This document shows positions 51,401-63,866 of a stretch of DNA of 64,000 nucleotides, piece after piece (the stretch's first letter is position 1; the number at the start of each line of letters is the position of its first letter). Both the position numbers and the translations under genes were made by a program. The stretch lies in assembly GCA_008632985.1 (NCBI GenBank), contig QPGO01000166.1, forward strand, positions 62,001 to 126,000, read 5' to 3'. This DNA comes from Psammoneis japonica. Taxonomy: Eukaryota. Below the pieces are notes generated by a model that made no database searches, was not told where the DNA came from, and saw nothing but the letters and a program-made list of their open reading frames with translations.

Positions 51401-53200
51401 TCACCAGGCCTCATCGAGAATATAGTCGAAACGAAACTTGGATGAATGAGCATCTTCTTGATCTTCATTCTCCTCTTTCACCATCAAAATTTGCGACTTT
51501 TCCGATGGCATGCACTCCATGTTGCTAGCACCTTTTTTATTAGAGTCCACCCTTTGGAACGAGCGCATCGCTTTATGGATCACGTCGACGCCAAACTCAA
51601 AATTCGACTGCTTGTTTTGAGTGGTGATCTCTCCCTGCTTCGTTCAGGGTGGACCACACTCTCGGTCAGCAGTCTCTCTAGAGCTGACTTTCTAACATGA
51701 ATGGAAGAAGGAAGAATCAACACAAGAAACGCAATCTAATCTCAATCAAGACAGATGCAGTGTCAATTGTCCGTCTTGCTTTTCGTCGCGGCCGCAAAAT
51801 TCCAAAATCCCATCTTGCTTGTATGCGCGGTGAGCGCATAGCCCAAATCCAGTGGGATTTGTGTTGCACATGCAGACAGTGGCTCAAGCCTGTGTGTTGC
51901 GATTGCAGTGCCAGCAGGACAAGGGCCGTCTCGATTTTGTTTAAAGGTGGATTGTTGAGAGAGTCCCAGAGTTTGTAAAATGGCAGTCGCATCATCTTCA
52001 AAGTCCCAAAATTTGAGCATTTTTGGCATGCGCATGTTTGCATGCCAACAAGGCGAAGAAGAAAATGTTTGGTCTGTGGCGAATGAAGAGCCGAGCCATT
52101 GCCCCAAGAGGCTTTAAAGCACGCAGAACAAAATTCTAATGTCACTCAAGGGCTATGACGGTTTTAGCAATGCAGTGAGGGGGGTCAAAAAACTGCATCG
52201 ATTGAGGTTTTTACCTCAATTGAGGTGCTTGGTGGCCAGACACTCTGGCCAGCTGCTCAGCTGGCTCTAAAAAGTGGAGGGCCCTGCCGTCCTGCCGCAC
52301 ATCACACCACCCCTTCACAAATGGAGAACATCCACAACCCATGCTTGGGGGTCACAAAATGTCTCTGATGGCATTTTTGTCAAAAATCCAGAAGCCGGAT
52401 TCCGCGTGCACCGGTGCCCTCTGCAAACAAGTGCCTCCATTGACCTCTTGCAATGTCTCCAAAACACATTGTGACCTGCCTTGCTGCAATGCTGCATCAC
52501 AACATGGCTGAATTTGTTCTTGATCCAGAAGCAGTTGAATTCTCAGCAACAGGCAGATCACGAGCGTTGCTGACATGATGACCAATGGGAGTCATTGCGG
52601 CTTTGAGGGTCATTGCATGGAAATTGTGTGGAAGAGCACCAGAAATGATTGTTGTCAGTCTGTCTGCCCTTCTGCACTTGGATGTCAACTTCTTGGGAAA
52701 TCAATTGAAATGTTGTCTGATCAAAGGCACTGCTCTTCACCATGCAAATAAAAATGCCTTTGGTCAGATGACATTTCAGCTGAGTTCCCAAAACGTTGCT
52801 GGCTCCAATCACCCTCTTGCATGACATTGTGTGCATTTCTGCATGATTTGGCATTCTTCCTTGTGCAAAATGCCAATTGTGACTCTTGCAACATTCTCGA
52901 ATGATTCCCATTGGACATGAAATGAACAACTGCACTGACCAGCAAGTTGATGGGTGCTGTGTGACCGAAGCATTGTTGGCGAAGCTGTTGACAATCATGC
53001 ACAACAAACAAGTGTTTTGTCACTCAGCAAAATGCAACAAGCAGAAGCAGTTGTGTGTGTTGCTGTGCACTGCATTTCAAAATCTGTTGCAACACCCACT
53101 TTTGGCATCAACAAGAGTGAGACCATGTCAGAGAGCAAAGCACACATGCCCTTTGTTGCCAACTCAATTCCAGTGTCTTGTTGGAACTGTCAATGTGTGC
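51401..53200 (-). pseudogene. eroded gene whose 3' end lies in normal DNA and 5' part in block 4
   Basis: Protein-like minus-strand fragments (..SKFRFDYILDEAW*, DFEDDATAILQTLGL.., LTTIISGALPHNFHAMTLKAAM..) with more in-frame TGA and less Tyr further upstream. Confidence 0.4.
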
Positions 53201-56200
53201 CAAAAACTCTTCCAATTCCTGAATGAGTGGTTCCATCAACTGTGCATGCTGCCACTGCCACTGCTGCCACTTGTCACACAGTTGCAGCAATTGGGCCTGC
53301 TGCCGCTGCCACTGCTGATGCTTGATGCTGTTCACCATTTTCCAGGGATTTGGGCCACTGCTCCTGCTGAGTTGGGTGGATTGTTGACTCCATCAGCAAC
53401 ACAACAGTCAAGCCTGAAGTTCCAAGCCTGGCACTGACTTGACACTTGGGGACAAGAGTGACCTGGCAGACTTGGGTTCCTTGAGACTTTCTGGAAACAA
53501 TGGGTTGTGCCCTTGTCAATCTGTTGAGAACAAACTGGAAATGCAGTGCAAGCATGACAAGTGAGAATCCAGCAGATGGCACAGAAGGCAGTTTTTGCCC
53601 ATTCTTCCATTTTTTCTCACCTCTCTTTTCATGGGTGCATTTGTTGCAGCAAACAGCAATGTGTTCTTTGCTGATGTGATTGTTGGGAAGCATGCGGGTG
53701 TCATGATGGAGCAAAGCACCTGTCGACATTGTCATGGTTGATTTGTTGTCATCATGTTTGGTGTTCACAGCATGGGAAAAGAACATTTTTGCTGTTTTTG
53801 TGTCAGCAAGCCATGCATGCAATGCACACAGTGCATCACACACAATGCAACAATTGTGGCAAACCAGGCCGTGGGGAGCATTGACCACTTGTCTTTCTTT
53901 GTGGGTGTGGGTGTGTGCCGTTGCATGCTGCATTGCCTGCACTGTGCGCACGCAGGCCCTGCTGTGCCATGGGGCCAATGTTGCTGGTGTGTTGCAGTGG
54001 CAGTGTGGCATGGCTGCCACACTGGTGATGCAAATGACCATTGCATTTGATGGCTCATGCCATTTTTGAGGCTGCAGCGAGGTGCACGGACACTCTTTTT
54101 TTAGTTTGTCGCCAAAATGGCGCATCGCACAAAAGCACTCATTGTTCGATGTGTTTTTCCAATGTGACTGTTTTGTGTGCAATTCACAACAAATTGTGTT
54201 TGTCCAAAGCTCGGTGCATTTTTCAACATGCCATGCCGGCAACCCCAATTTTGCCGCACTTTCGAGCTCTCCTGAAAGACCATTCCATGCACCCACCACA
54301 GGGAATGCATGATTTTTTAGGATGTTCCCATGACCTCTAATGTCCTCAATGATCATCCTGCCAATCCAGATGATTCATTTGCTCTGAACAACCCATGCCA
54401 TTCCAAAATCTGAGGGACACACTTTCAAATTTGGATGGACCGACTGCCAGAGGACTGCCGGACCGACTGCCCGACACAAAAAAGTCTGCAATCACCAACC
54501 ACTGAGTGGTCAATGAAAGTCTGCAATCACCAACCACTGAGTGGTCAATGAAAATGCACTGCGTGAGGGTGCACATTGTTTCCCCTGCTCATCATTGGCG
54601 ATCAATTTGGACAAAAAAGTTTTGGCTTTGACAAGCTCACAGGGCACCAAAATGCATTTTGCAACCACATTTTGTGACAATGGCTTGTTTTAGAAGGAAA
54701 GCTTCTGTTTTGGCATGTTTGAGAACACACTGCCTGGGTGCTGAGAGCATGGCACATTGACAAGTCTGCTCTCAATGAGCATGAGTGAAGCAGGAGTCTG
54801 GGATGAAGTTGCAAAAGTGGGGCCCTGCCACACAGATGAAGCCTGCCTGAGGCAATCATGGCCAAGCTTTTTTCAGAACATCATCAGCTGTCTTTGTCAG
54901 CTGCACTTTGAGCAAGCTTGCAACACATTGGCCACAACTGGCAGCAATGTCCATGCCTCCACAGCGCTTCCAGTGCATGGAAGTGGAAAATCATGGGGAG
55001 TGTGTCAGGTGGCTTCTTGGGTCATGGTCTTTCTTGAAAAAATCCAACAAGCACAATGCCCGCTGCAATCAAAGAGCTTGCAATGGGCACCACCACAGTT
55101 TGGAAGAGTTGTCTTCAAGCATTGCTCAGCTTCCATGACCATCTCATCATCCACCAACTTGTGAAACTCCTGGGTCTCATTCTCGCTGGAAAGCAAATGT
55201 GAAAGAGCTTTCTCAGCAAAATCTCTTGGGCCAGCACACAGCCAATGTGGTCAATGATTGCTGCACTGGCTTGCTTTTGCAAGCAATGTCTTCCATGGGC
55301 ATTGATGGTTTCCACACTTGACTCTGTGTTTCTCATCACATGCAATGACACCTCACAGAGAGCAGCATCTTCTTGCAGGCTCCATCAAAAAGACCAATCA
55401 TTCTCAGCCAACCACTGGGGAACTCTCTTGCAAACTGCATCATCCAAAAGAGTGGACACATTTGGTTTGCAAAAAAAGCACTGTGCAGCTTTGGGACAAG
55501 AGGTGGGTCGTGTTGGACCCACTGAAAGGCTGTGCAAGTCATCAAGCCTCTTTTTCTCTTTGCTGTGCTTGGTTTTGACAAAGCTCTTGTGCAAAACCAC
55601 CATCATTGGTCCAGCCATTGGTGCTGTTTTGTTGACTGGTCTTTGTCTCGTGCACAGTGGCATGAGCAGGTGCATCTCATGACAGTGTGTGATGCAGCCA
55701 TTGTCAAATCACATCTGCTCTGGTCATGCCACAGATGCAAGCACCCAGAGCATCACTTGAGCATTGTCAAAATTTTCAGCATGGCTTGTGTGCATGCATT
55801 TTGGCTTTTTCGATCACAGTCTTTTAAGGTTTCAGTGGGCAGCATTTGGAGAGAAGATCTTGCTTGCGTGCAAGCAAACCCCTGGCAAAGACACCAATGA
55901 TCACAGGCGGGGTGGCCCTGCTGTGGGAGAAGCTGTCTTTGCCTTGTGGTCTCATTGTCTTGAGTTGCCAAAAGGTGCACAGCACGAGGAGCACTCAGAA
56001 GTGATCAAAGACTTCTGCCTGGGTCAGATTCTGCCCCACCAGGGCAATGATGCACAAGAAGCACCAGACTTGGTCAAAAGCATCATGGCACTCAGCTGGA
56101 GCAAGCACTCATCGCAGGGTGACAAAGCTCCAAAATGAGCTTGCAAACATCATTTTGCCATGCTTCAGAAAGCACATGCCAACAACCTGGACAACCCTTG

Positions 56201-59200
56201 GAAGACAAAAGGCAACTTTTGTTGTGCCCCAGTTTGCAAGAAATCTTCAACCTTGCACTTTCAAAGAGTGCCATGAGCATTGCTGGCACCTGGAAAGCAG
56301 CTGCCCCAATGCATTTTCAAGACCCCTCAAAAGCAAAGAAAAAGTGAGGTGCAGACTGCAACAGCTGTGCACTAAAAAAGCACAAGACATGTGCCAAGAG
56401 TGCAACAAACCAAAGTGTCCTTGAGTCTTGCCAAAGGTGATGGTGAGCAAACTTGGGAAGTTGCCATCAATGTTTCTGTGCACTCATCTGGCTTGGCCTT
56501 CTTTGAGATTGCTTTGTTCTGGCTGCATGAGTTGCTCAACTCATGCTGAATTTTTTTTGTGTGTGCCATCCTGACTGTGGTTGCTTGGGTGTGGATCCCA
56601 AGGAAGGCCGCATGTCTTGTCAAGATGGCTCTTTTGAGCCAACCATGAGACACTTGTGTCTGTGCACAAGTGCACCATGGGGATCACAAAAGTGCAGCAA
56701 TCTGGGCCTGCTGAAGGCTGCTGCAAGATGCACAAAACCTCATTTTGCACTTGCCACCTGCAGGAGGCACAAAGCTTGGCAATGCAAAAATCTAAAATGG
56801 CAAAAACAAACCCACAAGATGCACATGGAAGGTGATGGTGTGCACAACATGAAAGAGCATCATCAGCCATGTGTTTGGGCATCATCAAGCTGTGAAAGCA
56901 TGCGCCCATGATCAAAGTGGGTGGTTTGTTGGAGCTCTCACACACCCTTTTGTGATCTTGGTTGGATTCAACTTTGATTGCGTGGAGCTTTTGTGCGTGC
57001 TGCACTGCCCTGCTGGCAAGATTGTGCCCATGATTTGATGCCTCAAGCCTGGCATCTCACCTTGCCTGCCATGGCTCACAGTTGGCTGAGTGGGTCAAAC
57101 ATTTGGCATTGATGGGCGCCAACAAAGAGAGCATGTAGAGTGGCAGCTTAGAACATAAACTTGTCAGTGGTGAGAGAAGGTCAAGCAAATTGTGAGCATG
57201 AAGCTGAGGTGCAGACAAAGAAAGAATTGTGGTCATTTGCAGGAATGATCAACTGCTGTGGAGATGCATGGTGCGTCGCCATCTGGATGACATTTTTGGC
57301 ACACCTTGCAAGACTTGCAGCATGTGCCATCAATGGAGTTGGATGCATTTCAAAGAGAGGAAGCCTTCAGCCAGTGCCATCAAGCCATCAGCATCAGAAG
57401 AGATGTCACTTGCACAGAGATTTCAATGAAGCCATTTGAACTTTCCACCAGTGCCTCCAAACATCAGCTTGGAGAGCAGTGGTGTGTCACAGGGCTGGCA
57501 AGCCATTGGCACTTTGTGAAAGCAGAAAGCTCAACAGCAAGCAAGTGAGCCACATGCTGATGGAGAGAGAAATGCTTGCCATTGTCAAGACTCTAAAAGA
57601 ACCCAGTTCTACACTCCTTGGCAATCATGCAGCATTGTGTGTGCTGATCATCATGAAATCACTCACAATGTGCCCAGCACAATGATTGCACAATTTGTCA
57701 GCACTTGATGAGCAAAGAGTGCAGAAGGCCTGAATCACTGGGCATCAAAGGCCACCACAATTTGGTTGCTGATGTGCTGAGTTGTCTTGTTCTTGTGCCA
57801 CCCATGGACTCCAAATGCAGCCTCATCCCACAGCAACAGCAACACTTGAAGTGTGCCCTCCACATGAGGCCTTCACAGCAAAAGTGGCAGACAATCAAAA
57901 GACCCCATTGGCATCAAGCAACTGCAAATGGAACAGCACAAAGACAAGAGCAAGCATCTGACAAGTGCCTGTGCACTCTCCTTTTGTGAGGAAGAAATCC
58001 TCCCATGAGAGATGCTCTTTTTGTCACAAGGGCCACATTGTTGTCCAGGCATCCCTGCAGAAGCAGGTGCCTTGCACACATCAGGGGAGTGCATGGTCAA
58101 GTGATGCAGAAAGAAACTCCTGCATCTGTGGACAGTCAAGATGGGTTGAACCCACAACAGGCTGATTTGAGATTGCTGAAATGTCTGCATGGCATGCCAA
58201 AGCTGCATCTCATGACACTGAGCAAGTGTGGCTGCACAAATGCCCTTGGCCAAGGAAGGCAATTTTCAACAGAGGCAGCAAACTCATTGTCAGACACTCA
58301 GTCAAGGGATGCACAGGGTGGCTGTGGCCTTCAAAAAAGAAATCCACACGGCTGATCACACCAGCCTTCAGGCAAGCTCCACAGCAGAGAGCATGTGCAC
58401 AGGCAGCCAGAGACATGATGATGTGTGGCACAGGGCATGGAGCTGGATGGCACACCATCATCATGACTCACCTGAAAAATTTTGATCCGATTGCTCACTC
58501 CATGCTGCTCAAGCAAAGAGAGCAAACAATGGCAGTTGTGCCACAACTGCTGCACTTGACACTGACCATTGTTTGTGCAAGTGGCTTGGAGCTTGCGGTG
58601 GTTGCGTGTTCTGGGTCTTCTGGCATGGACTGTTTAGAGCAAGTTGTCTCCAATGGTGTGGAACACTGTTGTGGTGTTGCATCTCTTGTCATTCTTCCAG
58701 TGCTTGAAGGTGACAGAAATTGCATCGGCCAGTGCCAATTCTTGGTCTTCATGATCCAGTTTGGTGTCATCATGGAAAAAGTGCAGGTTCTTGAGTGTCA
58801 GTGGCTCAGTTCATTGTCCACATGTGGTTTTGGAGTGTTTGCAAGAATGCATTGCAAAGAGAGCCATGTTTCTGACTGGCACTCACCAAACAAGAACAAA
58901 AATCAAAGCACAGGGCTGTTGGTCATGCAGGCCTTGCTGAAGTTGGCTGCTTGTGTGAAGTGGTGACAGCTGCACATTGCACATGTTGCACTGGATGGTG
59001 CTCCAACACAGATGCACACAACCTGCCTTCAATTGTGCCTTCTGTTGTTGGCGTGGTGTCTGACATTTTGTGGACCTTGTCATGGGGAGTGAGCAACACA
59101 CACTGCACCACACCGGCTGATGAGACTGCTGGCAGGTGCAAGCAACATCTTGTTTCAAGAGGCTCTTGCTGCTGTGGGGTGCATGCAGCCCAAAAATGTG

Positions 59201-62020
59201 CACTGCACACACCTGCACAAACTCATGCTCATTGCACTGAGCAGGGGCACTGGCACAATCACACACTGACTGAGAGTGACCCACGTCATGAGGAGGGAGA
59301 GGGTTGTGTGTGCACTTGGTTGACCCAGCCTCAAAGTCACCATGGTGAACAAGCACTTGAGAAGCCTTTGCCAGCCCTTGTCAGCAGATGTGGTGGTGTT
59401 TGTGTGCATGAGTTGTGAGCAAGTGCTTTTTCATGTGCACCCGGGCATTTCATGGTGAAATGAGCCAGTTTAGAAGTGACTTTTGTGGCCATTGACAGCA
59501 GCAAACTTTGCTGCTGCTCAGTGCCCATTTCCCATCTTGTTGCACAGGGCAAGATTGTTCCTTTGAGTGAGTCATGGGTGCTTGTGTCTTTGAACAAACA
59601 AGCCATGGTGACCAAAAAATGATGATCATTGTCTGCCACCAGTGCAAATCAGTGCAGAGGGGTGTGCTGAGGTGTGCAAACTTGCTCAATGCCTGCAGGA
59701 GGCAAAGCTTGGCAACATGAAGCACTGCATTTGTGTGGCCACATCAGCAAGGTGTGCATGGAGAGGAGCAGTGTGGCTGCCAGTGTTGCACTGCACATTC
59801 TTCTTGCTCAGTGCCCACAGGGGGAGCAAAGCTTGGCAATTTGATCCTGATTTATGTGCTGAAATGGAGGGATTGCAGGGGCTGCAGCTGACTGCTGCAA
59901 GAGATGCACATGGAGAGAAGCACCCCAGCCAACACAGCTTTGCACCTTCCAGTGTGCAATCCATCTGTGTCTTCCCCCTGCCCTGACCCCTGCTGGACCG
60001 GAGACAGATGGGTGAGACAAAGTTGGGGTTTGGGGCTGACCACTTTCAAAATGACTGAATTTGCAAGCATGGTCTTTGTGTGTGAAACGGCCTCCAATCA
60101 CTTTCAAAGGCTTTGAGACACACACAAAATTTGCTCAGCATGTGGCCACAAAACATTGAAAATTTGAATTGCCAGCTTCTTTTTGTCTTTTTATGAGACT
60201 CACCTCTCATCAGTGGCGGACATGCAAAACTCATTGACAGCAAACATGCCACCATTGAAAATCAGCAAAGACAGATGAAGCAAAACCAACCCTCAACTCT
60301 TGTTTTGATGCCTGCTCTGGCAACTGCACAACACAACCCCCCACAGATTTCTGCTGGTGAGCAGGCCCCTTCCTGCCCTTTGCTCATGTGCCCCAAAACA
60401 TCACTGGGCTCAGCTGGCAAAACACGGGGAAGGTGACCTCACCCAACAACTGCCAATCTTCATCAACTCTGGGCCAACCAAAGGAGCACCTTCCCTCAAC
60501 TCAACCCCCCCTCCCCCCAAAAGCCAGCTGTGTGTGCCTCTGCTTCCTTTTTCTCCTCCTCCACACACCCCCTTGCTGAGAAGGTTGAAAAAGTCAGAGG
60601 ATGCCAGCCATGACAGAGAAACTGAAGAAGCAGGCCCACATGCCTTGGTCAGCCCCCAGCAGTCTGCTTGACATGAGCACCTGGGCAGGCTGCAAACAAA
60701 GAGTCCTCAAGCAGCTTGCTTTGCAATGTGAAAGAAAGTGGCTGGCTTGACTGGGCTTGCCAAATCATGGTGGACAACAAAACTGCTGCTGGTGTGCACA
60801 TCTTCAACTTCATCGGCCCACCAAGAGCTGGGCAGCAAGCCACAAGGGCAGCAGGCACAAGTGTCACACTCTCTCTGCTGATTGCACCAAGCAAACAGAG
60901 CAAGTGGTTTTGCCAAGTTGAAGAGAGAGGCAAGAAGCCAAGATGATGCCAACAAGCTCAGTTTTGTTTCACCACAGGATTTCCCAAAATTCCCTGGGGG
61001 ATCACTGCCTTTTGCTGTGTTCTTCCATGGAAAGCATGAGTTTCTGGGGAACAAACACAAATTGTGCTTCATTGTGCATGTGCTTGACACATGAACAAAA
61101 AATTGCACATTGGAAATTGCCCATGCTTCCCTGTGCAATTTGACATGAGCGCAGCTGTCCCAGAGCTGTGCAGCACTGTCAGACACCACACACCACACCG
61201 TCACACTCTTCTGCCACTTCAACAGCTCAGAGTGCTGTTGTTCATTGACAATGGCAGCTGCTCAGCTTCTCTGCAGCTGTGGCATCTTTTCGTGGCCTGA
61301 ATTCTTTCTGATGCCACTCAGTCGGTGCCACATGTTTCTCATTGTGACACGAGTGGCAGTCGCATCTTTTTGTTCAGATGACACCCACCCAACACATCAT
61401 CACATCAAGATGGGTGGCAAAGTTGTGTTTGGGACACAGCCAGCTGGATGTGTGGCTGGTGCAAGCAGTCATGCAGCAGCAGCCAAGCAGATCAACCCGC
61501 AACACAACAAACAATGGCAACAGCAGCAAGCTCCAAACTGCAGCATGATGACAGATGCTCTCTGAGAGCAGACAGTGACAAAATCTGTTGGACCCAGAAG
61601 CACACCTGCCCAAACTGTGTTGATCCAGAGTCACCGCGATCCATGCATTTTCTGCTCCCCCCCCTGAGCCCTTTCAGCTGCTCCTTTTGCCGTCTCCCGG
61701 GCATGTCCCAAAAGGGCAAGCAGCTCCCCCTTGCCCTTGCCATTTTGGGGGATCCCCGGGTGGGTGAACCAAACCAAGCCAACAAGATGCTTTGAAGCAC
61801 TTTTGCAGTGCTTTTCAACTTTTGCCAATTTCCCTCTGGCATGACAGCCCACCTTTGAGATGAGTCAACTTGAACCTCGTGGCAAAAGACTGTGTCAACG
61901 AAGATGAAAGATCTTTTGTGAACGTGCGCGCAGGAGCACAGTGTCGGGTGAACGGGGCACGGCCATCCAGCAAAGTGTCCAACCCATGTTGGAGTCAGTC
62001 AACTCTGAGTGAATGAACAC
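51980..62020. other. TpA/CpG-depleted hypermutated block 4
   Basis: Same composition as block 1; contains the Gypsy relic and a 35-bp tandem duplication at ~54483-54552. Confidence 0.85.
57200..57790 (+). mobile_element. degenerate Ty3/Gypsy LTR-retrotransposon pol fragment (RT thumb + RNase H)
   Basis: KKELWSFAGMINCCGD (cf. KELRSFxGMxNYYRD), PFELSTSASKHQLG (PFxLxTDASxYxLG), GKPLAL..SRKLNSKQ..EREMLAIVKTLKE, IKGHHNLVADVLSCL (GxxNxVADALSRL). Confidence 0.85.
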
Positions 62021-62028
62021 ATAAAAAA

Positions 62029-62196
62029 TGACATCGGCAGGATTTGAACCTGCGCCAATTAAGAATACGACCTGAACGTACCGCCTGGATGGATTGGGTG
62101 ACACGGGTCGAAATGATGTGAGAGAAGTGTGGAAAATGGCGGTAGGTGGTGTTCCCAGGATGCAGCACTGACCTTAGACCACTCGGCCACGATGTC
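62029..62196 (-). tRNA. tRNA-Leu(CAG) interrupted in the D-arm by an 88-nt GT-AG insertion (62085-62172)
   Basis: Joining 62196-62173 to 62084-62029 gives GACATCG TG GCCGAGTGGTCTAAGGC G GTACG TT-CAG-GT CGTAT TCTTAATTGGC GCAGG TTCAAAT CCTGC CGATGTC A, a full cloverleaf. T6 terminator downstream; TATA-like element ~25-30 nt upstream. Confidence 0.9.
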
Positions 62197-62355
62197 TAGG
62201 CATTTATGTGAATCTTTTGGTATATAAAATGTTTTTCTTTGTAGGGACTGGGAACTGAGAGGTCTGAATAAACTCCTCTGCAATGGCAGGTAGCAGCGCA
62301 TTCGATACTCGAAGAGGACGTAAGGCCTTACATTACAGAAAGCAACACCAACACA

Positions 62356-63207
62356 ATGATATGGCGAAGACTTTTTCCCGCTGAAGGAGGAGGGGCTTTG
62401 CGTCGATGGACCAGAGTAAAGAAAGATCTGATTGTGAAGGCACTCGACTCGGAGCATGTCTTGAAAGGTCCGATCACTATCTTCGATTTCGCGCAACATG
62501 ACGATGCAGTCGATGCGGCCGCGGTAGATCATGGTCCAACCAAAGGAGGATGGCGAATTTCAGATGATGAAGTAATCGGAGGATTCTCGAGAGGGTCAAT
62601 GTCACTGATTTATACACAGGAATGCTACAAGCGAGCAATGCGTGGAGAAAAGCCAGTTCCGATCAAGATCCAGGAGAAAACTGACCCACATTTTATACCC
62701 TTTATTCGATGGAAGGGAAAGATTGATACTCGAATCGGAGAAAATAGTAGAGTGGCAAGGTCTGGCTTTTGTGCGATTCGATCGCCTGAATTTCCCATGG
62801 GTGGTGCAGACCTCGAAAACAAGTACAATGCATTGGAATTACTGTGCAGAAGTGATGGGAGGGTTTACACGGTGAATCTAAAGGTATCGAGCTATTTTCC
62901 AGATGACCTTTACCAGGCTATCATTTCCGTTCCTCCAACTCATCCAAACAAAAGTGAAATATGCGACAAAACTGGAGGAGAATTTGCGCAACTAGTCATG
63001 CCATTCCGAGATTTTCTTCTCACGGCGAACGGGCGAGTACGAGAAGTGCAACGCGAATTAGATGGCGGGGTTCGAATTGAACACATCGGCATTACTCTGA
63101 TGGATGGTGAGGACGGGGACTTTGAGTTTGATCTTGCCCGTGTCAGAGCAATCAATTACTATCACGGCGAAATTCTTGGAGAAGACGATGAAGATACTCC
63201 GTACTAG
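62356..63207 (+). CDS. NDUFAF1: complex I intermediate-associated protein 30 (CIA30)
   Basis: [60 protein letters not shown]. Confidence 0.9.
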   Translation: MIWRRLFPAEGGGALRRWTRVKKDLIVKALDSEHVLKGPITIFDFAQHDDAVDAAAVDHGPTKGGWRISDDEVIGGFSRGSMSLIYTQECYKRAMRGEKPVPIKIQEKTDPHFIPFIRWKGKIDTRIGENSRVARSGFCAIRSPEFPMGGADLENKYNALELLCRSDGRVYTVNLKVSSYFPDDLYQAIISVPPTHPNKSEICDKTGGEFAQLVMPFRDFLLTANGRVREVQRELDGGVRIEHIGITLMDGEDGDFEFDLARVRAINYYHGEILGEDDEDTPY

Positions 63208-63371
63208 AGAGTCTCTCGACTGCAGTATCAATGACAACAGCGTGAGGTTTTCACTTTCTACAACATGTGGAGTATGCGTAAGGAGTAACAATACGACTTG
63301 AGCTCTTTGCGATAAGTTCAAGACATTTAAAGAGACTTGCTTTGTGGTGGAATCTACATATGTAGCCAACG

Positions 63372-63866
63372 TTATGCCCGCTTTCTATCAGGCGGACAAA
63401 ACGTAGTCTTAACCATAAAGGAGAGATCTGGGATCTGACCCATCAATCGCCTCGCTGCATCCGTAACCTGTGTTTCTTCAGATTCCCCCGCCTTATTTGA
63501 GTCTATTTTGCCAACTTTACTGGGCGTACGGTTTTCGATGGGCTTCTTTGCAGGTGGGAGTGCCACAATTGTCCCTCCTGCAGAGGACCCAGTCGCTGGA
63601 GAGGAGCGACTCCCCACTTTACGCGTAGTTTCATTTGCAGCATTTCCCGTATCGTTGTTTGATTGGTTTGACTTCCTTGAAGCCGGGATACTCGCCCGCG
63701 GTCCCCGTTCCGTGGCAGGCTTTTTCGCCGGTGAAACATTTGCGCTTCCACCACTATTTCGATTGGCTATCTTAATTGCAAAAACGTCCGGCACCGCAAG
63801 TCTCCGGGGAGTTTGCTCTTGTCGCCGTTTCACACCTTCTCGAAATTCAGCCTCGGAAGACGACAA
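63372..63866 (-). CDS. 3' part of a hypothetical low-complexity protein (probably continues beyond the window)
   Basis: 164-aa S/P/K-rich ORF ending GQIPDLSFMVK..; no ATG start. Confidence 0.45.
   Translation of the reverse strand: MSSSEAEFREGVKRRQEQTPRRLAVPDVFAIKIANRNSGGSANVSPAKKPATERGPRASIPASRKSNQSNNDTGNAANETTRKVGSRSSPATGSSAGGTIVALPPAKKPIENRTPSKVGKIDSNKAGESEETQVTDAARRLMGQIPDLSFMVKTTFCPPDRKRA

Noticed and set aside
15782..61852. Hundreds of overlapping 60-360-aa Cys/His/Gln-rich ORFs in the blocks, superficially like metal-binding or toxin peptides
   Set aside because: By-product of TA loss (TAA, TAG and Tyr codons removed) and TG/CA excess. They occur in all six frames with no coherent gene structure.
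15730..62020. Classical fungal RIP or simple CpG methylation decay as the full explanation
   Set aside because: RIP enriches TpA and lowers GC, the opposite of what is seen. CpG decay alone cannot remove TA, and TA loss occurs where CpG persists (23.3-26.3 kb).
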